The notes: generated from the sequence alone by a model not told the origin. 64,000 nucleotides of DNA from the human T2T-CHM13v2.0 reference genome, Homo sapiens (GCF_009914755.1 NC_060934.1), one strand, 5' to 3'. Positions 1 to 17,669 are shown, numbered from the stretch's first letter. Numbers and translations are program-made.

Positions 1-905
<905 letters not shown>

Positions 906-3254
906 TAATTTTGAGTGCTTTCTCATATCAAAAAATGCCTGATACTTGCCTAAAAACAGCTTATTTCTAAATTACAACTTTTTTATGGTTTACTTTATTC
1001 CATTTTCAGCACTGTTAATAGTACATGGCTTGAAATTGTTTCATAGACTTAAAAAGTGAGTTAGAAAATAGATGTAATTAGATCTTTCCCACACAAACCT
1101 AATCTTTAACTTTCATTGGAGAATAAGTAAATTTAAAGAAGAAAAGATGTTTGCCTAATTTTCAAGTTGTTGCTGTGTTTAAAGTATCTGTTGATACAAT
1201 TTTATTAGATATATGAAAACTACATTTTCTCATTCTCTGACTTTTCCACCTTTATCTGAAAGATGTTTAAATTCACATCACTTTCTACCTAATTTACCAC
1301 AAAAGGTTGACAAATCAGAGCCTTACAAAAGAGCAGTGTCATAAGAAATAGAAAAAAAATTTTTTTTTGCATCTTGAAAGTACTTACATGTTTATTAAAA
1401 ATAACACAAGAATTTAGAAGGGTAGAAGAAACGTCACCTGTAGTGAATGCAGCACTGTTACCATTTTGCTAATTTTCATTCCAGTCTTTCACATAAAGCT
1501 AACTTGTACTAAAACAAAGAAAATGTTTTTTAAAGGCTGGTAGTAGGAGAAAAAAATAGGGAATATAAACGCGTGAACATGTCAGTAAAAAATTAAAAAT
1601 TAGTTCTGGCATTTTTAATTATGGAAAAACATTCTGAAACATTTGGAATATAGTAATCCATTGACATCAGTTTTGAAAAATTGATAAAGGTATTGCCTCT
1701 GTGGGCCCTTTTTATAAGATTTGTAAAAATTGTCATAAGAAGTTGATTATGAAGCTTTTTAAAGGATGTTTTCTTTTTGTATTAAAGGCAATTTATTCTG
1801 AGAAAAATAAAGATTATATTTTTGTTGCTTTCAGCATTGGTCTTATAATGAGTGATAAACTTTCTGATTTTTAGGTTTTGCAGCTTTTCAAAGATATGAT
1901 ATTCTGTGGGTGTTTTAATATTTTGTTTAGCTTTGAAAAAAGATGTGGTTTAAATTTTAGGTATGACTTGTTACATTTAACTCTTAACTAGACAATCCAA
2001 ATATTAATTAAATTTTGGTTTAATTTAATGTGTTTAGAAAATTTATGATAGGTTTTCTCAAGTAATATACTGTAGAGTATGACTTACTCACGAGATATTA
2101 AAATATTCCCAGGAATTTCTGGGTGAAAATGTTCCATTCCATGTCTTCAGATAGGAATGTGGTTGTTGAATGACTTGTTTTAGTGTCATATTTAGTCAAA
2201 ATTTGACCTGCATGTTATGGCTCATTGTGGAATAGAATTATAGGCAATTGGAGAAATAAATGCTGAATTTCTACATAGAAATATAAAAGTTACTTCCTGT
2301 CTTTGTTCTTGTTGTTTTGTGTATGTGTTACACTCAGTCCTAAAAGTCTAGCTTTAATTCACAAGTCTCTAAGGACTTTTTCCATAGCAATGCTATCAAA
2401 TTACCTAGGAATTAAGAATATACATATATGTTCTTGAGCATATAGATAGCATTTTTACTAAAAAGTGAATGTATCTTTTAAAATTGGCATATTTTAAGTA
2501 ATTATGTGGCTTATATTTGTGGCTACCTAATCTTTTGACCTTTATTCCTAAATTGTAATTTTAAAAACAGCCATTGAATTTGTTAATGGGCTCCTTCCCA
2601 TCATTAGTGACATTACTGAAGTTTGTGTTTTTGTAATTGCTGTACTTCTGTAAAAATGGTAATATCATAAATGTTGCTTATTTCATTCTAAGCAGGGCAT
2701 CAGAAAGTAAACTGCTTTTAAAAGTATAATGTTTTTCATAAGGAATTATGATTTATAAAGTTTAACTTAGATACATGGATCTGGGGCAAACATGCAGAAG
2801 TCTGGGTCATCTGTTTCTTTATAGGGAACAAGAAAATAAAGGTTAGTAAAAATAACATCATAATAATAAGGATGGCTGTTGTTTGAGCCCATGAATCATA
2901 ATACTATACATTGTTCTGTCCGTGTATACTTTAATTATACTATCTTATATCCTTACAGTAACCCAATGAAATAGGTATTTTCCCCATGCTACTGAAGAAG
3001 GAACTGACACTGTAGAAAAATTAGGTAATTTACTGAAGATCATGCTTCTAGGTTGGCAGAGTCAGAATTTGAAATGTAAGTCTTGGTCGTTTCCACTGTA
3101 GTCTCCCCACAATCTAGAAAAATGGGTACCACCCCCCATAGATTTTGATTCTCTGGTAGGTCCAGGGTCTGTACTTTTAAAGAGCAGCCTGTGTTAGTTT
3201 ATGTGCAACTGCAGTTGAAAGCCATTGCACAAGATTGCGGGGGAGGATTGGGTT

Positions 3255-4010
3255 TAACAGTTTAATTATAATATAATTCACATACCATACAATATACACA
3301 TTAAAAATAAACAATTCAGTGGTTTTTAGAATATTCAGATTTATGTAACCATCAGAGATAATGTTAGAACATTTTCAATACCTCCAAAAGAAACTCTGAA
3401 CCCTTAAGCAATCACTCCTAATTTCTCCTAACTCATTAACCCTAGGCAAACACTAATCTACTTTCTGTCTCTATAGATTAGTGTTTTCTGGATGTTTCCT
3501 ATAAATAGAATCATATAATATGTGGTCTCTTATGACAGGTTTCTTTTAATTTGCATAATATTTTCAAGTCTCATCAAGGTTGTAGCATGTATCAGTACTT
3601 CATTCCTTTTTATTGCTGAATAATATTTCATTATATGAGTATACCACATTTTATTTATGCATTTATCAGTTGTCAGACATTTGGGTTGTTTTTGCTTTCT
3701 GACTGTTATGAGTATAGTTTCTGTATTTGTGTACAAGTTTTTGTGTGGACATTTGTTTTCACTTCTCTTGAGTATATACCTAGTAGAATTGTTGAGTCAT
3801 ATGGTAACTCTATGTTTAACCTTTTTGAGGGATTACTAGACTGTTTTCCAAAGGGACTGCAATATTTTACATTCCTACCAGCAGTGTTTGAGGGTTCCAA
3901 TTTCTCTGCATCCTCAGTAACCTTGTTATTATCCGTCTTTTCTTATTATAACCATTCTATCGTGTGAATTGGTATCTCATTGTAGTTTTGTTTTGCAGTT
4001 CCCTGATCAC
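3255..4010 (-). mobile_element. L1 (L1MB-like) 3' end fragment
   Basis: Antisense L1 3'UTR/ORF2 C-terminal similarity; minus-strand ORFs read like ORF2p (KMWYTHIMKYYSAIKRNE, LNIELPYD). Confidence 0.8.
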
Positions 4011-4453
4011 TATATATTTGTTTTTAATTCTTGAGAGCTATCTTTTATTGTAACGGAAAGACAGAAATAGTTATTTTCTGTGATGTAGATCTTGCTTTAA
4101 TGGGTTTTTAATTTAAAAGAAGTTCTGAGCTCCTTGGAGAATGTTTATAAAATAAGACCTGTGCTCAATGATCAAGTAAAATGGAAATTTGACATTTTTT
4201 AAAGTGTTAAACACCTTTAATGTAATTTGACTTACTGCAGAAACCCATAACAGGGAATTTTTAATTCAAAATATATGCTAATTATAATTTTGTTAAACTT
4301 TCATTTATGCATATTAGAGCTACATTATTTATAAATATATATTAAATTTATATTATATTAGATGCTTATTCTTCTTGTTTGAATAAATATATCACTTTAA
4401 ATCATGCCATCCAGTTTTTATTCAGCAGTATATTTGAGGAATATAAGTTTTTA

Positions 4454-4613
4454 GCTGGGCACTGTGACTCACACCTCAAATCTCAACTACTGGGAAGACT
4501 GAGGCAGGAGGATCCTTGAGCCCAGGAGTTGGCTGGGCAGTCAGCTATGATTGCGCCACCGGACTTCAGCCTGTGCAACAGAGCTAGACCCTATCTCTAA
4601 AAAATAAAAATAA
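4454..4613 (+). mobile_element. Alu monomer (FRAM/FAM-like)
   Basis: Single diverged Alu arm with A-rich tail. Confidence 0.7.
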
Positions 4614-5714
4614 TTTTTTTAAAATTAGGAGTTTTCGAAATAGAGCCTACTATTTAGTTTAAATAATATAATTGGAATTTAACCACGACACAAGGTTGGG
4701 CTATGCTGTTGCCTTGATAGGAAAAAAATATTAGAACATTTATCCTTTTAAGCATTAATGACATTTTTATTAATGTAATGTGATTTGATACCAGTGATAC
4801 ATATTCACATGGGTAAAGATTGGCAGAAAACAATAAAAAGATACTGGAACAGACTGTTCAGAGCCAGAGATCTATCAGAAAGTAGCTAAGAAAACTTTTC
4901 ATTTAGTAATGTTCATTTACTTTTCTCCTTTTGTATGTTAAGGCATAGACAAATAAAGTAAGTGTCCCTTCTTTTTGGGTTAAGTAGACAAATTGAAACC
5001 TTAGTCATTGCTTTCTTTTATAGATCAGTGTTCCATTCTTCCTGTCATTCCTTCTTTCTCCATTTCTAATCTTGAAAAAGACTCTTCACTCTATACAAAG
5101 ACAGTCAAGAACCCATGTTTTCAGAGGGAAAACAGGAAATAAGCACTTTTTTACCTCCTTTCCCAACTGATTGGTTCCTTTGAGTTTCTTGTAAAAGATG
5201 TGCTTTTGTATATTCTCTGTTTATGAGTGGATTAGAGCAGGGGCCACCAGATAGACAGTTTGTATAACGAATCTATTTATTCAGGCAACTCTAGACAGTG
5301 AAGTTTTAAAGGATTTTATTTTTCTGGGAAGGAAATCGTTGCTCATTGAAACCAGGTATAAACTTCATTTTGTATTTTGCTAATATTCCTGTGATTTCTT
5401 TTCTCTCTGAATTATGGGTTTAGGATTTCTTCTCTTTCTTTAAAGTTTCCCTTATTTATTCTTCTTTATAAAAACAGAAGTTGGAGTATTTTTAAAAATG
5501 TGTTTTACCTACATTGTAGGTTCAATAAAATGCTACATATTTATGTAGTATATAATTTCATGTGGGTCTAGTTGTCAAAATAACCTTTTTTGCTTAGGAA
5601 AATTATCTAATATATTAAAGTATATGCTTTTTGAGAACCCATATCATTTTCTTCATTTACAAAGCAATTCTCACATCATTCATATGTATGAGAAATAATA
5701 ATGAGAAATAATAA

Positions 5715-7560
5715 TTGTACCTATTTGTGGTTTACAATGTGATGTTTCCATACATGTATACAATGTGTGATAATGAAATCATGGTAATTAGCACATCCGT
5801 CACCTCAAACATTTATCATTGCTTTTCACTGGACACATTCAAAATCCTCCCTACTAGCTATTTGAAAATATACAATAAATTGTTTGCTAAAGTCACCCAA
5901 CAGTGTTACAGAACAGTAGAATTTAGAACAGATAGAATTCCTCCTATCTAGCTGTAGTTTTGTGTCCATTAACCAACCTCTCCCCATCCCGCTGCTCCCC
6001 AACCCCCGCCACCCTTCTCAGCCTCTAGTAACCACTATTCTACTCGCTACTTCTTTGAGATCAACTTTTTTAGCATGAGAGAACATGCAGTATTTATATT
6101 TCTGTGCCTGGCTCATTTCACTTAACATAATGTCCTTCAGGCTCATTCATGTTGCTGTGAATGACAGAATTTTATTCTTTTTTTGGCCGAATAGCATTTC
6201 ATTGTGTATATATACCACATTTTCTTTCTTCATCTGTTGTTAGAGGTTGATTCCATATCTTGACTATTGTGAATAGTGTTGTAATAAATAAGAGAGTGAA
6301 GGTATCTCTTTGATATGCTGATTTCCTTTCCTTTGGATATATACCCAGTAGTCAGATTATTTGGTCATGTGGTAGGTTTTTGTTTAGTGTTTTGAGTAAC
6401 CTTCATACTGTTTTCCATAGTGGCTGTACCAATTTATGGTACACCCACCAACAGTGTATGAGAGTTCTTCTTTTTCTGCATTCTCACCAGTATCTATCTG
6501 TTTTTGTTGTTGTTGTTGTGATGATGTTTTTTTTTTTTTTGTCATTTTGATGATAGCCATTCCAATAGGGTTGAGATACCTTCTCATTGTACTTTCGATT
6601 TTCATTCCCCTGATGATTAGTGATGTTGAGCATTTTTTCGTATACCTTTTGGCCATTTGTATGTCTTGAGAAATGTATACTTAGATTGTTTGCCCATTTT
6701 TAAATCACATAATGATGATTATTGTTTTGCTGTTGAGTTCTTGTATATTAATCTATTGTCAGATGAGTAGTTTGCATATATTTTCTTTCATTCTGCAGGT
6801 TGTCTCTTCAGTCTTTGTTTCCTTTGCTCTGCAGAAGTTTTTAGTTTGAAATAATTCCATTTGTCTATTTTTGCTTGGGTTTGCCCTACTTTTGAGGTTT
6901 TACCCATAAAATCTTTGCCCAGACCATTGTCCTGAAGTGTTTCCCCTATGTTTCTTGTAGTAGTTTTATATTTTTGGTTCTTGACATTTAAGTCTTCAAT
7001 TCATTCTGAGTTAGTTTTTTGTATATAGTGAGAGATAGGGGTCTAGTTTCATTCTTCTGCATATATATATATCCAGCTTTCTCAGTACCATTTCTTGAAG
7101 GGTCTGTCCTTTCTTCAATGTATATTGTTGGCTCCTTTATCAAGTATCAGTTGGCTGTAAATATGTGGATTTATTTCTGGGTTCTCTACTCTATTCAATT
7201 GATCTATTGTCTTGTTTTTATGCCAGTACTGTGCATTTTGGTTACTCTAACTTTGTGTATACTTTGAGGTCAGGTAGTGTGATGCCTCCAATTTTGTCCT
7301 TTTTGCCCAGTATTGCTTTGGCTATTTAGAGTCTTCTATGGTTCCACATGAACTTTAGGATTTTTTTTTCTTTTAAGAATGTCATTGGCATTTTGATAGA
7401 GATTGCATTGAATCTGTAGATCACTTTGGGTAGTATGGATATTGTAACAATATTAATCCTTTTAATTCATGAGCATGGAATGTCTTTCCATTTTTTGGTC
7501 CCTTTGAATTTCTTTCATTGTTTTACAGTTTTCATCATAGAGCTTTTTCACCTCCTTAAA
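5715..7560 (-). mobile_element. L1MA-like 3' end plus ORF2 fragment
   Basis: Antisense L1 3'UTR and ORF2 motifs (KKCSTSLIIR; gattgcattgaatctgtagat). Confidence 0.8.
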
Positions 7561-8390
7561 TTTACATTTAAGAATCAGCATTTTAAAAATTACCTATTTG
7601 ACTCATCAACATTTATTGAAAGCAAAATCAGTTTCTTACTATTGTGCAATATGGAGGTGTTATATTTGATTATAAGTCAAATGATGTACATATAACCGAC
7701 ACATACATGTGTATATAATTAATATCTATATATAAAAGCATATTGAACAGAGTCAGCAACTTTTTCAAAAAGTTGACCTTAAGAGATTTAATTTAACTCC
7801 TATTATGTAATTTTTCTGTGAATTTTTTAGACATTAAGTGGTAGGCTTTCAATAAATGTGGCTTGAAGGAAATTTAATAAAGCTCAGTACTATTAACCTA
7901 TTTTTATTTTATATTTTAGTATTATAGTATTATGGTATTATTACTATAACTTTATAATATATAAAAAGTATAGTATTTTCAAGATTTTAGTATTATATAC
8001 TTTATTTTAGTACAGCATTATAATATTTCAGTAATATTTTCAGTATTAACTAAAATTGTAACTTGTGATCACTAAAATTCTTGAAATTCTCTCAGGACTG
8101 CCAGGAGTGATACAATTGCTTATATGGTCCAGGTAACATTATTTAATAATCTCATTTGAATGTTTGTACAAATGCTAAGTAACTTACTTTAGCAGGAATG
8201 ATAAATCAGTAAAGGGAATTCATAGTTGTTAATAAATAACTTCTTTTGACTGGGAACCAGCAAGAAACATTAGAAACCTACAAATGAACTCTTTACTTAT
8301 TACTGTTAGGAAATTGTGATTTTCACTAAACAACAAAAACCCAGAGAAGTTATTATTGCTAAAGGAGGCAAAAAAACAACAACACAGAAT

Positions 8391-8642
8391 AGCACTTTGG
8401 GAGGCCAAGGCAGGTGGATTACTTGAGCCCAGGAGTTTGAAACCAGCCTGGGCAACATGGCAAAACCCCGTCTCCACAAAAAATTAGCTGGGCATGCTGG
8501 CACACACCCACAGTCCCAGCTACTCATGAGGTTGAGGTGGGAGAGTCACCTGAGTCCGGTAGGTTGAGGCTGCAGTGAGCTGTGATCTCGCCACTGTAGT
8601 CCAGCCTGGGTGGCAGAGACCCTGTCTCAGGAGAAAAAAAAA
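8391..8642 (+). mobile_element. AluJ-like, 5'-truncated
   Basis: agcactttgggaggccaagg...cttgagcccaggag...A tail. Confidence 0.85.
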
Positions 8643-9179
8643 TGGAACACAGAAAAATAGTACTTGAACTGTTTTAGAAGGACTTGATAGGATCAAAGGA
8701 GACAGTTTACTTTCCATGTGGCTGAGGTATGGGAAAGAGAGGGAGGCAGACATTGTACCGTAAAGACAGCATGTTACAAAATCAGAGGAGCATTGTCACT
8801 TGTCCATGTCCCTTAGTTGCAGAAAACTTGCTTAGAAGAGCCCCTGAAGTCGTCTTTGCAATGAAAAGGAATAATTAAGCTTTTAAGACAAGTATAAATA
8901 ATGTTCTGGTATAAATTCTGACCTCTCTAAATCTGTTCAAACTTGTGGGACAAGTGTTTCCAACTCTTTTTAATTATATAGTTTTACGAATGTATTTTAA
9001 TAAGATTTGCTCTGATTTTTATAGAGCTGAACTCTGAATATTTGAAAAATATCCCTATAAAGAACAAGAGTTATTTTAGAATATAAGAATCCTAAATGTG
9101 AGTCAAATAAGAGTAAAGGAAAGTTTATAACCGTGAAACAAACCTAAATTACTCATTTACCAATCTTTGATTGCCTACT

Positions 9180-10700
9180 AGGTACATTTTCAAAGGGCCT
9201 TTTTATATATTTCTGGATTTAATTTACTAAAATTTTGTTAAGGATTTTTTTTGTCTGTATTCATCATAGATATTGATCTGTAATTTTATTTTCTTTTTTA
9301 AAAATTTTGATCATGGTTTGGTATCAGGGTAATACTGTCCTCATATCATAGAATGAGTTGAGACATGTTTCTTCCTCTTTTATATTCTAGAAGGGTTTGT
9401 GCAGAATTAGTATTATTTCCTCCTTAAATGTTCGGTAGAATTTATCAGCCATACAGTCTGGGACTAGGGTTTTTTTTGTGTGTATGGACAAGTTTTGAAT
9501 TTCGAATTCAGTTTATTTAATAGACACATAGTTATTCAGGTTTTCTATTTGTTCTCTATTGAAATTTTGTAGTTTGATCTGTCAGGGCGTTTGTCTATTT
9601 TGTACAGTTTGTTGATTTTGTTGGCTTAAAGTTCACATTTTTATTATGCTTTTAATGTTCCATATATATATATACACTATATATATATATAGTGGTGTTC
9701 CCCTTTCATTCTTGAAATTGGTAATTTGGGCCTTCTCTCTTTGCTTATCAGTTTGGCTTGATGTGTATCAATTTTACTGATCTTTTAAAAATTCTTTTGT
9801 TTGTGTGTTTTCTTTGTTTCTGGTCTTTATTTTCAAATTCCTTATTACTTTGGGTTTAATACGCTTTTCTTTGTTTTCTTAAGTTGGTCAATTAGATTGA
9901 TTTCAGGCCTTTATTCTTTCATTATATAACTATTTCATAGCTAGAAATTTCCCTCAAAGTACTTTTTTAGCAGCACACAAATTTTGGCAGGTTATCTTTT
10001 CATTATTCAAAATATTTTCTAAATATCCCTTTTTATATCTTCTCTGATCCATGGATTATTAAGAAGTTAATTGTTCAGTTTCCAAATATATGAGAGAGAT
10101 TTTCAGATTTTTTTTTTGCTTTGATTTATAAAATAGGGCTTGTCTTGATAAGTGTTCTAAATGCAGTTGAAAAGACTATATTCTGTTGTTTTTTGGAGGA
10201 TTGTAAAAATATCAGCAAGGTCAAGGTGGTTGATAATGTTTTACATTCAACAGTGTCATACAGTGCTTGCATTGTATACCTTTTTCTATCTTTTTAAAAT
10301 GGGTTTTGTAAACAGCATATAGTTAGGTCTTGTGTTTCTATCCTGCCTGACAGCCACTTGTTCCTTTTTTCCCTTCCTCTCTTTTCTTATGGATTAAGTA
10401 TTTTTTAAATAAAAGTTTCATTTATCTCAACTTTTGGCATATTAGTTACACATCTTTGTGGCGTTTTTTTTAGTGTTTCCTCTAGTGTTTACAATACATT
10501 ATCAGAACTTGACACATTTTACTTTGAAATAATATTGTATTATTTTGCATATATCCTAAGAACTTCACAACAGAACACCTTTATTTCCCTCCTTCCATTC
10601 TTCGTACAATTATTGTCAATACATTTTACTTCTTCACATTATCATAAGTCCCATAATAATACATTGATACTATTTTGCTTTAAGGTTTAAATTATGTTTT
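9180..10700 (-). mobile_element. Old L1M ORF2 fragments (continue, interrupted, to ~14700)
   Basis: T-rich degenerate antisense L1 (ggtatcagggtaatactg...tagaatgagttg). Confidence 0.6.
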
Positions 10701-10897
10701 TAAACAATTTTTCAAAATTTTTTATTTTGAACAAATTCTAGACATACAGAAAAGTTTCAAAACCATTTTGGAAGATTTCCATATACCCTTCACTCAGCTT
10801 CTTGATATTAATTAACATCCTATATAACCATTGTATAGTGATCAGAACCAAGAAATTAACAGTGATACAATACAATAAACTAAACTACAAATTTTAG

Positions 10898-11237
<340 letters not shown>

Positions 11238-11707
11238 TATGTTACATTTTTAATAGTCATGTGTCCATAGTATCCTCTGATCTTTGACAGTCTGAAAGCA
11301 AAGACTGAAAGGCTTTCCTTTTCTTTCATGGCTTTGATACTTTTGCAGAGTACTCTTCAAATGTTTTATAGCATATCACTCATTTTTCCTTTAATTTTTT
11401 TTTCACGACTAGTTTGAGTTTGGTTTTTTTGTCAAGGATGCCACAGTGGTGATTGTGTTGCCTTTTCCAGTGAATTATATCAATTCATATTGATAAGTCT
11501 CATTACTGGTGATTTTGACCTCGACCAGTTGGTTAATGCTTCTCCACAGCTTCTCCACAGCTTCTGCTGTGCTTCTCCACTTTAAAGTTAATATTTTTTT
11601 CTTTTTAATTTATCTTGGGAGATGTTTTTAGACTATGCAGATACCTTGTTTTTCCCTAATCTTTTGCTCACTAATTTTAGCACTCGTTGCTGGATCTTCT
11701 CTTCTTC

Positions 11708-12001
<294 letters not shown>

Positions 12002-12068
12002 TCAAATCATTTTCTTTTGCCCAAAGAACGTCCGTTAACATATTGTAGTACAGGTCTGCTCAAAATGA

Positions 12069-12402
<334 letters not shown>

Positions 12403-13051
12403 TGCCTTCGTTTTTGAAAGCTGTTTTTCCTAATATAGCAATGCTAGTTTGAAAGTTTCCTTTTTTCCCCCCTCAGTATTTTAGAGACACCTCTGCATTT
12501 TCTTATAGCTTGCCTAGTTTTTGACAAGAAGTCTGCTGTTATTCTGATCTTGGAGTTTATAAGCCTCTTGGATCTGTGGGTTTATGGTTTTCATCAAAAT
12601 TAGAAAAATTTTGGCCATTATTTCTTGTAACTTTTCCCTTACTTGGTCATTTTTTTTCTATTATCTGAGTCTCTTATTACATGTATATTAGACTTTACAT
12701 TTTAAGTCATTGATGCTCTGTTTGTCCATGTGTGTCCATGTATATTTTAGATAATTTTATTGCTATTTTTTTGTTGTTGCTGTATATCATTTCTTCTTCA
12801 GTGTCTAAATCTTACTGTTCTATACAATGAAGTTTTCATACCAGGTATTTTATTTCTCACCTCTATACATTCCATTGGGTGTCATTTTTATTCAAGTTTT
12901 CTTTACCTTGAACATATGGAGCTCATTGTTTAACAGCTTTTTCACTGTCCTTGTCTTATAGTTTCCTCTTTTATTTTTGTTTTTGTTGCTACAGAATGAT
13001 TTTTCTCCTGGTTGTGGGTCATATTTTCCTGCTTCTTTGCATGTCTGGTAA

Positions 13052-13335
<284 letters not shown>

Positions 13336-14737
13336 CTGCATGTTTAGTAATTTTTAATTGGATGTGAGCTTCATAACATTTTCACATTGTTGAGTCTTGG
13401 ATTTTGTTGTATTCTTTTAATAGTGCTGGACTTTGTTCTGGCATACAGTTAAATTTTTCTGTAGTCAGTTTAATCCTTTCGTGGCTTGCTTTTAAGCTTT
13501 GTTATGGTAGTTTTAGTAGCCTTTTGTCTACATCTAATTTAACCCCACTACTAAGGTAATAAATTTTGATGACTCCCTGATAAACTATATATTATGAGGT
13601 CTTTTTGTGGCTGGTAGGAATTCACACTATTCACAACCTTGTGTGACTGCTGGGAATTGTTTGGGTTGCTGCTGCTAGGTCTTTGCCTAGCCTTTGGTAG
13701 TCTGTTTGTACCTAATGCAGATAAGAATTTTGGCAAACACTGCATAAGACTTTCTTGCAGATTGCACAAATCTATTTGCTGCTCTCTTCTGTCTCCAGTT
13801 CTGCCTCCCAAATTCTAACCATCTTGGCTTTCCTAGACTAAAATCGTTTGCCCTAACTTAGTAATAACTATTGGCCCTTGTTCTATATTCCTTCCCTGCT
13901 TTTTCTGTGACCTGGAACCTGCCTCCAGGCAGTAACCTGGGGCAATCATGGGACTTCTGTTGTTTTCCTGTGATACAAGGGAATACAGTCATATATGGCT
14001 GTTGTCTGCAGTCTGCAAACCATTTTCTCAAACATTTTGTTCATTTTCTAGTTGCATCATGGTGGTAAATAGAAGACAGTCTAGTAATTCTTGATTGGCT
14101 AGTATAAATAGCTAATACTGTAACTCCTGTGGATTCCATTATCCTCTGAAAAGTGTTACATTTTGTTCTGCTAGGCGGTTAAATTGCTGTTGAGTCACCT
14201 TGACCGTAGAGACTTAGATTTAGCTCTTGTAAGGGTGATGCTATTTGGTTATAGCCTTAAACCTAGGGTAAATTCCTTAGTTTTGAGATGTGATCTTTAC
14301 TCTCCTATGTTATAGCCCTTTTGGAATTTTGTTTATTACTCTCCAGCAACTTGACAAGACTGAAAATCCAAACTCTTAAAGACCACAGTTGGCAACTGTT
14401 GAAATCTCTGCTCAGCTCCTTTAGCCTTCTAGCTGTGGTTCTCCCCTTGGGCTCCTTGCAGTCTCCTCTCCCACATGTATTTTCGGAGTCAGCAAGAATT
14501 TGAGGAGTGTGTATTTGAAGATTTTAGGGCTCTGCTCTTTGTGATTTCCTCCTTTACAGAGTATCCAACCTTGAATTCCAGTCACTCTTATAACCCTGAA
14601 CTCTGTCCTTTGGCTTCTTAGGCAGTAGGACTCTGGCCTTCGACTTGAGATTTACTTTTCACCTGCAGATTTTTTAGTTACTTCATGGTAAAAGCTTTAT
14701 AAAAAGGCATTTATGAAAGTAAATCTCATGTGATTGC

Positions 14738-15302
14738 TGTATTAGTTATCTATTGTTGTGTAACAAATTACTCTAAAAGATAACTCTTATAACAACAATC
14801 ATTTGTTATCTTATAGTTTCTTTGTTTTGGGTATCAGGCACAACTTAACTGGACCTTCTGATTTAGTGTCTCTCACAAGGTTTTTCAGTTATAGTGTTAG
14901 CCAGGGCTTGGGAAGACTCATCTGGGAAAGGATACACATCCCAACTCATGTAGTTTTTGTTAGGACTTAGTTCCTAGCAGGTTGCTGGAGAGAGGGCTTC
15001 AATTTCTTGCTGTTGGCTGGAGACTGCTCTTAGTTCCTTTTCACATGGGTCTTTTCAACATGGCAGCTTGCCTTATCAAAGCGTGTAAGCTAAGACATCA
15101 ATAAAGTGCTAGCAAGGTGGAAGTCAGAATCTTTTGTAACTGAATCACAAATGTGACATCCCATCACCCTTGCCATATTCTGTTGGTAAGAAGCAAGTCA
15201 CTAAGTTTAGCCCACACTCAAGGGGAGGGGTAATTATATAACGTATACAATTATTCATGAGGCAGGGCCATTGGGGGTTATCTTAGAAGTCTGCCTATTA
15301 CA
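14738..15302 (-). mobile_element. MaLR solo LTR (MLT1-type)
   Basis: TG...CA termini; tgtattagttatctattgttgtgtaacaaattac start and gtctgcctattaca end resemble MLT1. Confidence 0.7.
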
Positions 15303-15958
15303 GTTCTCTTCTTTTAAGGGTAAATTCCCTCTAGTTTTAACTTTGGTCTCCCTGTATGCCTTTAAGTATTTTATCCACAGTTTTAAATTATCAGCACGAC
15401 TCCACCACCCTTAGCCAGAGCTCAGTGTTTGCAGATGTTAAATCCAGCTTTCTCTTAGGACAAAAATGTTCTACCATGATAACATTTTCTTCATCTTTTT
15501 CCCCCATAGTTAGCCACTAAATATTTTACGTAGATGTCTCACTGATATCTTAAATTCTTCATGACCAAACTGTAACTTCAGCTCAACTTTTCTTCCTTGT
15601 GGATTCCATTCCTCTCTCATAATTGCATCTTATCTTCTCTATCAACCCAAGCTCAGTATCTTCGGATCAGAGAATTTTGTTGTTGTTGTTCTGATTCTAG
15701 TCAAGGTGTAGCCTACTCACTAGACAGGTACTGGGCCACCAACTGTTTGTTACTAGTTTGCCCAAATTAAGAACAGAAATTGAAAGTAAGCATTTAGAAT
15801 CTTACATAACAATTTGACATTGCTGAGACATCCAAGTGTGTGAGTTTGTGTTTTAAATATTCATCTACAACCAGTTGGGAACAGCAAAAGACAAAGAACC
15901 AGGCCTTCACCATCTGTAGTCTGAAAAGCGTTGTTCTACCCCATTCCTGTCACTTTTT

Positions 15959-16216
<258 letters not shown>

Positions 16217-16735
16217 TCCTGTCACTTTTTCTTCTCTCTTGATAGTAGGCCTGTTGTTCACTCACTTACTTCCACTGCCATTGAGGTAGTATAGACCTTC
16301 ACACTATTTCTCGTGGGCTAATTGCAGTAGCTTCAACCTAGGCTCTGTGTTTTTTATTTGTCTTTCTCAAGTCCATCCATTCAAACCTAGAGAAAACAGA
16401 CTTTTTAGAACAGTACTCTGATTATCATGGTTTGCTTCAAAACTTTAAATTGTGCTTTATTATCTGGTCAAAATGGTCTAGATTCCTTAGGTTGATATTT
16501 AAGACCCTAGATTTCTCACTTTGTTCCCCTCCTCTCCTTATTGCTTATTTTCCCTCCCAATCCCCTGGGTCTCAGTTCAAATATGCTTTTTTTTTTCACC
16601 CCAACTTCCCCCAACAGTCAGTTCCAACTTCCTTTCCTTATGTGTTTTCTTGTTGTTGTTTACAGCAGTTATCACATTCTGACACTTTATTTCCTTATTT
16701 TATGATTCCCCACTCCATGCACACTACAGTGTAAG

Positions 16736-16825
16736 TTTCATGTGGATGGAAACTTGCTTTGTTTCCTGCACTGCTGAATCTTTCATGTAGATGGAAACTT
16801 GTTTCATTTCCTGCACTGTTGAATC
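16736..16825 (+). repeat. 45-bp tandem duplication (two copies)
   Basis: tttcatgtggatggaaacttgctttgtttcctgcactgctgaatc / tttcatgtagatggaaacttgtttcatttcctgcactgttgaatc. Confidence 0.9.
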
Positions 16826-17638
16826 TCTAGTAGGTGCACAGTAAGTTTTTCTTTCATGAATGAGTCAGTGAAATGGGTCACCACCTTAAAGATAAAGAAC
16901 TTTGTGAATGGCCATGAAGATCCAAAAGAATGGCTCTTTAATGGTGAAATTTTATAAGCAAGCAGTGAAGGACCTATTTGGAGCAGAGACTCTCTAGCCT
17001 CCCTCAAATCACATTATAGTCTTTTTACGAATTGTAAGTTTCATGAATACAAACATTTAGTATATTGTAGTCTGTTTCTTCAGTGCCCAGTATTGTGTCT
17101 GGAAAAAGAGAATGTACATATCAATAATTTTTTGTCTGAATGAATGAATTAATGCAGTAAGTGTTCCTACCAAGCTCCCAGCTGTGGCTTCTACTCCTGG
17201 TGACTCTGCATCACATTTCTCTCCAGTTCTGGGGCAGAGGTTTGTCCTTAGATCTCAAAAGGATGTAAGAAAAGTTGATAATCTTCACTTTGTTCAGCCT
17301 TTTTCTTGTGAGGACAGGAACGATGACTTCAAAATTTTTTATGTGTTAGATTGGAAACTGGAAGTCGGCTGTAAGTTTTTATAGAAGATTTTTACTAAAT
17401 TGAGGTAATTCCCCACTGTTTCTAAATTGGTGACAGTTTTTAACATGAATGCATTTTGAATTTGTTAAAAGTTTTCCTTGTATGAATCATCAAATGATCT
17501 TACTTCTTTAGACTGTTGATATGGTAAATAACATTGATTGATTTTCAAATATTAAACCCACCTTGCATATCTGGAATTAATCCTAATTATTCTCGGTCAT
17601 GATGTATAATCCCTTTTATATTGTTGAATTCAGTTTTC

Positions 17639-17639
<1 letters not shown>

Positions 17640-17669
<30 letters not shown>

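Noticed and set aside
9661-9695. (TA)n palindrome; also tiny tandem duplications at ~5688-5715 and ~11538-11580
   Set aside because: Ordinary microsatellite or slippage products inside old repeats.
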